A stretch of DNA of 64,000 nt, from the NCBI GenBank assembly GCA_016906335.1, contig JADEYG010000004.1:1426001-1490000 (forward strand), given 5' to 3'. Numbering within the stretch: position 1 is the stretch's first letter; each line of letters opens with the position of its first letter. The notes under the pieces were generated by a model. The model made no database searches and was not told the DNA's origin. It saw only the letters and a list, made by a program, of their open reading frames with translations. Made by a program: the position numbers and the translations under genes. Below, in pieces: positions 60,212 through 64,000 of this stretch. This DNA comes from Novakomyces olei. Taxonomy: Eukaryota.

Positions 60212-63200
60212 TCAAAGGTTGCGATTGTGATATTCGCGTAAAGCGTCTTGTGCATTAACCAAGTTTTCGTATGGTTCCCAGGTACGGTCTTCTGGTCCAT
60301 AGTTTTTCCAATGGACGTAATATTGGCGGTTCTTTCCACGTCCACGATGACTGACGATATGATCAACTTCATATTCTTCTGTGTCTTTGAGTATATCGGG
60401 CACAATTTGTTCTGTCGATTCACGATTAAATCGGTCAGGTTTGTGTCTTGAGAGCAGTGTTTCATGAAAAACATTGTGGATTTTAATATGATCTGGTAAT
60501 TCAATGCGATAAGCGGCTGGGCCAACTGTAGCTATAATGGGAAAAGGTCCGAGAAAAACATGATCGAGCTTTGGGCTTGGTCTTGATGATAAAATGTGTT
60601 CTCTTCGTATCCAAACTAAGTCGCCAATGGTGAATTTGGGTGCTTCCAGTCGTTTGCGATCATAAAAATCTTTCATTCTTTGAACTGATTGTTTGAGTAT
60701 AGATTGTGTAGAATTAAAGTGGTTTTTCCAATCCATAGCAAGTTTGTTAGCAGATTCATTCGGCGTCTGCAGTGGTGTAAAAGCGCTTCTTGGGTGATAA
60801 CCGTAGCAAGTAAAAAATGGGCTTTGTTTGGTGCTCGCGCTTATAGTATTGTTGTAAGCGAATTCGGCAAAAGGGAGCAAATCAGACCAATTGTCTTGTT
60901 GGTAATTAGAATAACAGCGTATGTACTGTTCCAAAGTTTGATTTAGTCGTTCCGTTGGCCATCTGTTTGGGGATGGTGGCTGGTTGACTTTCGTAGTGTA
61001 ACGCCAAGTTGTTGCGTTAGTGAATTCCAAAATTTGCTAACAAATCGTGTATCGCGATCCGATACGATGTCTTCTGGGATTCCATGTAGGCGGATAATTT
61101 CCTTGATAAAAATGTGTGTGAGATCGAAAGATGTAATTGTTTCGACTGTTGGTATAAAGTGAGCCATCTTTGAAAATCGGTCTATCACAACAAAAATTGA
61201 ATCAAAGGATTAGAAATAGGCAGTTTAACAATAAAGTCAATAGAAATAGACTTCCAAGGGCGGTCGGGAACGTAGAGTGGTACTAGCAGTCCATAAGGGC
61301 GATGTCTGGGGACCTTGTTTCGGGTGCAAGTAGTGCAGCCTTGTACGTATTTCTTTACGTCGCGGTGAATTCCCTGCCAAAAGTAATTTCTGGTGACAAG
61401 TTCAATGGTTTTATTGATTCCTAAATGACCAGATAGCGGGTGATCATGACACGCTGCTAGAATCTCTTGTCGATTCTCGGGTGGCACAAATGTTTTGCCT
61501 TCTTCAACGGTGTTTACTGCGATAAACTGCGATTGTTTAAGCAGTGGTTTCAATTGTATCTTTTGATATTCAATATCCGTAGTATCTGCTAAGTCGGAGC
61601 GGCGGCTCAATGCGTCAGCAGGTATGTTTAATTGACCTCTTCGATAAATAATGTTAAAATCGAACTCAGCTAAGATCTCAGCCCATCTGGCTTGTCGTCT
61701 GGTGAGTATTTTCGATGTTGTAAACGTTTGTAGGTTTTGGTGATCACTGTAGATCAGTATAGGATGTGGTGAGCCATGTAAATAATGACGCCATGTGCGT
61801 AAACTCCACACGATACACAAAAGTTCTTTGTCGTAAATGTCGTAATTTAGCTCTGCTGGTAGTAGCTTTCTACTAATGAAGGCGATAGGTCGTTTGTCTT
61901 TGCTTTGTTGTCGTAGACAGGCGCCTAAAGCAAAGTCTGAAGCGTCTGTTTCAATGACACATTGCAAATTGTTATCAATATGATCAAGCATAACATTTTT
62001 TAGAAATGATTTCTTCAAGTCGCTAAAAGCGTCGCTCTGAGCGGCGGTCCAAGCGAATGCGGTTTTTTGCTTGAGTAACTCAGTTATTGGTAATACAATT
62101 TTCGAGAAATTCGGGATAAAGCGGCGATAGTAGTTGCAGAAACCTAAAAGAATTTGCACGTCTTTGACATTCTTTGGCTGTGGCCAGTTTTGTATTGGCT
62201 CTGTTTTCGATTTTGCCATTGACAGTCCATCTTTTGATATGATATATCCTAGAAATTCAACAGTAGCTTTGTGAAATTCACATTTTTCTAGTTTCACATA
62301 TAAAGTGTGTTGTCGTAAGCGATAAAGTACTTCGCGAACATCCTGAAGGTGTTGCTCAAGGGTCTTGCTATATACTAGAATGTCGTCTAGATAAACCAAA
62401 ACTTTGACATCTAATATATCTCGAAATATGTCATTCATTAAATTTTGAAACGTCGCTGGTGCATTTGTAAGTCCAAATGGCATTACGCGATATTCAAATA
62501 ATCCATAGCGAGTACGAAATGCTGTTTTCCATTCGTCTCCTTTCTTAATTCTGATGAGGTTGTATGCACCTCGCAAATCTAGTTTAGTGAAGTAGATGGC
62601 CTGCGCTAACTTATCAATAAGTCCATCAATGCGCGGCAAAGGATAACGGTTCTTCACTGTAACTTTGTTTAAAGCTCTGTAGTCGACACAGAGTCTAAGG
62701 TCACCGTCTTTCTTCGGTGCAAATAGTACAGGTGATGCAGCTGGACTTTAGATTTTCGAATAAATCCTGATTGCAAGTTTTCTTCCAAGTACTTTAGTAG
62801 ATAGTCTTGTTCTTTCGGTGTAGTTCCATAAACTGGTCCGAATGGGATCTTGGCATCTTTCTCTAGTACGATTTCGTGATCGTATGAGCGGTGTGGCGGT
62901 AGTTCCAATTGTTCTTGCTCGCCAAATACATCTTTAAATTCCTGATACTCTTCTGGTATCTTGGTTGCAGTTGAGGTAACTTCTGTAATGTCCAATTCCA
63001 GAACGTCCTCGTTTTTGGCAGATGTAATTATGTTTTCATCGTCTGTTGAATCACTTACTTCCTCAGTGTGAGGTTCAAATTCGGTGTTCATTGATGTTTC
63101 CGTGAAGGTATTACTGGTCGTCTCCCATGCAATAGTACCTTCTTTCCAATTAATTATGGGGTTGTGCTTTCTTAGCCAATCTACTCCCAGTAACATGTTA

Positions 63201-63430
63201 TTTGTTCCGATCTCGGCAACTAAAAATCTTGTATCCGTCTCGTATCCATTGATACTCAGGTTCAAACTGTCGGTTCGCTTAATTGCTTGACGTGAACGTA
63301 TAGTTCTCCCGTCAGCCACGCGTACAGTAATAGGATTCTTTAATGGAGCAGTTTCGATCTTCAACTTATCTGCTAGCTTCCAGTGCATAAAGCTTGAGCT
63401 CGCGCCGGAGTCAACTAAAGCCGTAAAACT
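60212..63430 (-). pseudogene. D1 pol: protease, RT, RNase H, integrase, chromodomain, with frameshifts at ~62745, ~61200, ~60960
   Basis: LVDSGASS (63395-63420), [38 protein letters not shown]...TWEP. Confidence 0.92.
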
Positions 63431-64000
63431 CTAGATATATTCAAGACGGAATTATGGCGAAATTCCATTTTTATGTAATGTGATTCTTATTATGTATAAT
63501 TCTAGTCAGGGTTTTCGCTTTTCCTTTACGCCATAATTCCATTTCGAAAAATAATTAATGTATGAGGGGGGGGGTCATGCCAATTTCCTTAGCATTCCCG
63601 CGAATTATGGCGTAATTCTAATAAGAATGGTAGGAGAAACGTGGAGGCAGGGTTTTTTAGGGAGAATTTTCCGACTAAATTCCAAATTATAATATGGGAA
63701 ATTGCGCGGGAATGCTAAGGAAATTGGCATAAACGGGGGTAAGAACGACGTAAGAGCAAAAATAGTTTCCGCCTTAATTCCAAAACATTGGCCATATTGC
63801 GGCGAGGGTAGGGTTGCTGAATTTATAAAATATAATTATTATACAAGATGGTCTATACATATTCCTGCGCGAATTACGCCGTAATTCGAAATATATGTAT
63901 CGTAGTTTTTATTAGCTATATTTTTTGTTAGGGTGTTCTACGTAGAATTACGGCGTAATTCCAGTTTGAAAATTAATTAATGTATGGGAGGGGGGTCATG
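63431..64000 (-). mobile_element. Repeat element R copy 3 (to ~63860), then a diverged R-like terminal module to the window end
   Basis: Same boundary as R1/R2. 63871-64000 repeats the inverted-repeat and aattaatgtatg..ggggggtcatg layout. Confidence 0.65.

Larger units (their letters stand above)
58193..63430 (-). mobile_element. Gypsy chromovirus D1, 3' part (pol, JmjC cargo gene, PPT, 3' LTR), interrupted at protease by R3
   Basis: Pol motifs; LTR 58193-58543 with TGTTAGGG...CCCTAACA termini; PPT gagaggggag. Confidence 0.85.

Noticed and set aside
60943-62760. Frameshifts inside pol genes (D1, also A ~12890, C ~26620, B ~8210 and ~21260) as programmed recoding
   Set aside because: Not conserved between related copies and several lie at homopolymers; more likely mutations or sequencing errors.
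53665-63431. R repeats as chromosome-healing or telomere-addition events that deleted gene halves
   Set aside because: Simple nesting explains the pattern; the missing halves can lie beyond the right edge of the window.

Overview
Eukaryotic (fungal) DNA: short GT-AG introns with CTRAC/CTAAC-type branch points, Zn2Cys6 and FunK1 genes. Three zones. (1) 1-32.3 kb is one nested LTR-retrotransposon cluster. A Ty1/Copia element is split by successive Ty3/Gypsy chromovirus insertions (my labels E1, B1/B2/B3, A, C), mostly resolved by 5-bp target-site duplications. (2) 32.7-53.7 kb is an accessory gene island: FunK1 kinase, AhpD/CMD-like protein, two HNH-nuclease paralogs, Zn2Cys6 TF, sugar porter, PhyH-like dioxygenase, Tse2-like ADP-ribosyltransferase-fold protein, NmrA-like reductase, UNC-93-like MFS. 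(3) 53.7-64 kb is a second nest made of a hairpin/minisatellite repeat (R, Helitron-like end) and two related Gypsy elements (D1, D2). The most striking signal is that the Gypsy families carry extra genes. D1 (intact ORF) and D2 (3' fragment) encode a JmjC histone-demethylase-like protein whose stop codon abuts the 3' LTR. E1 and C encode antisense Zn2Cys6 + coiled-coil proteins. Family B has an ORF0 upstream of gag whose ATG appears to be created only by splicing out a 42-51 nt intron spanning the LTR/PBS junction, in a ~860 nt leader with no ATG in any frame in three diverged copies. All calls are by eye, without database searches.
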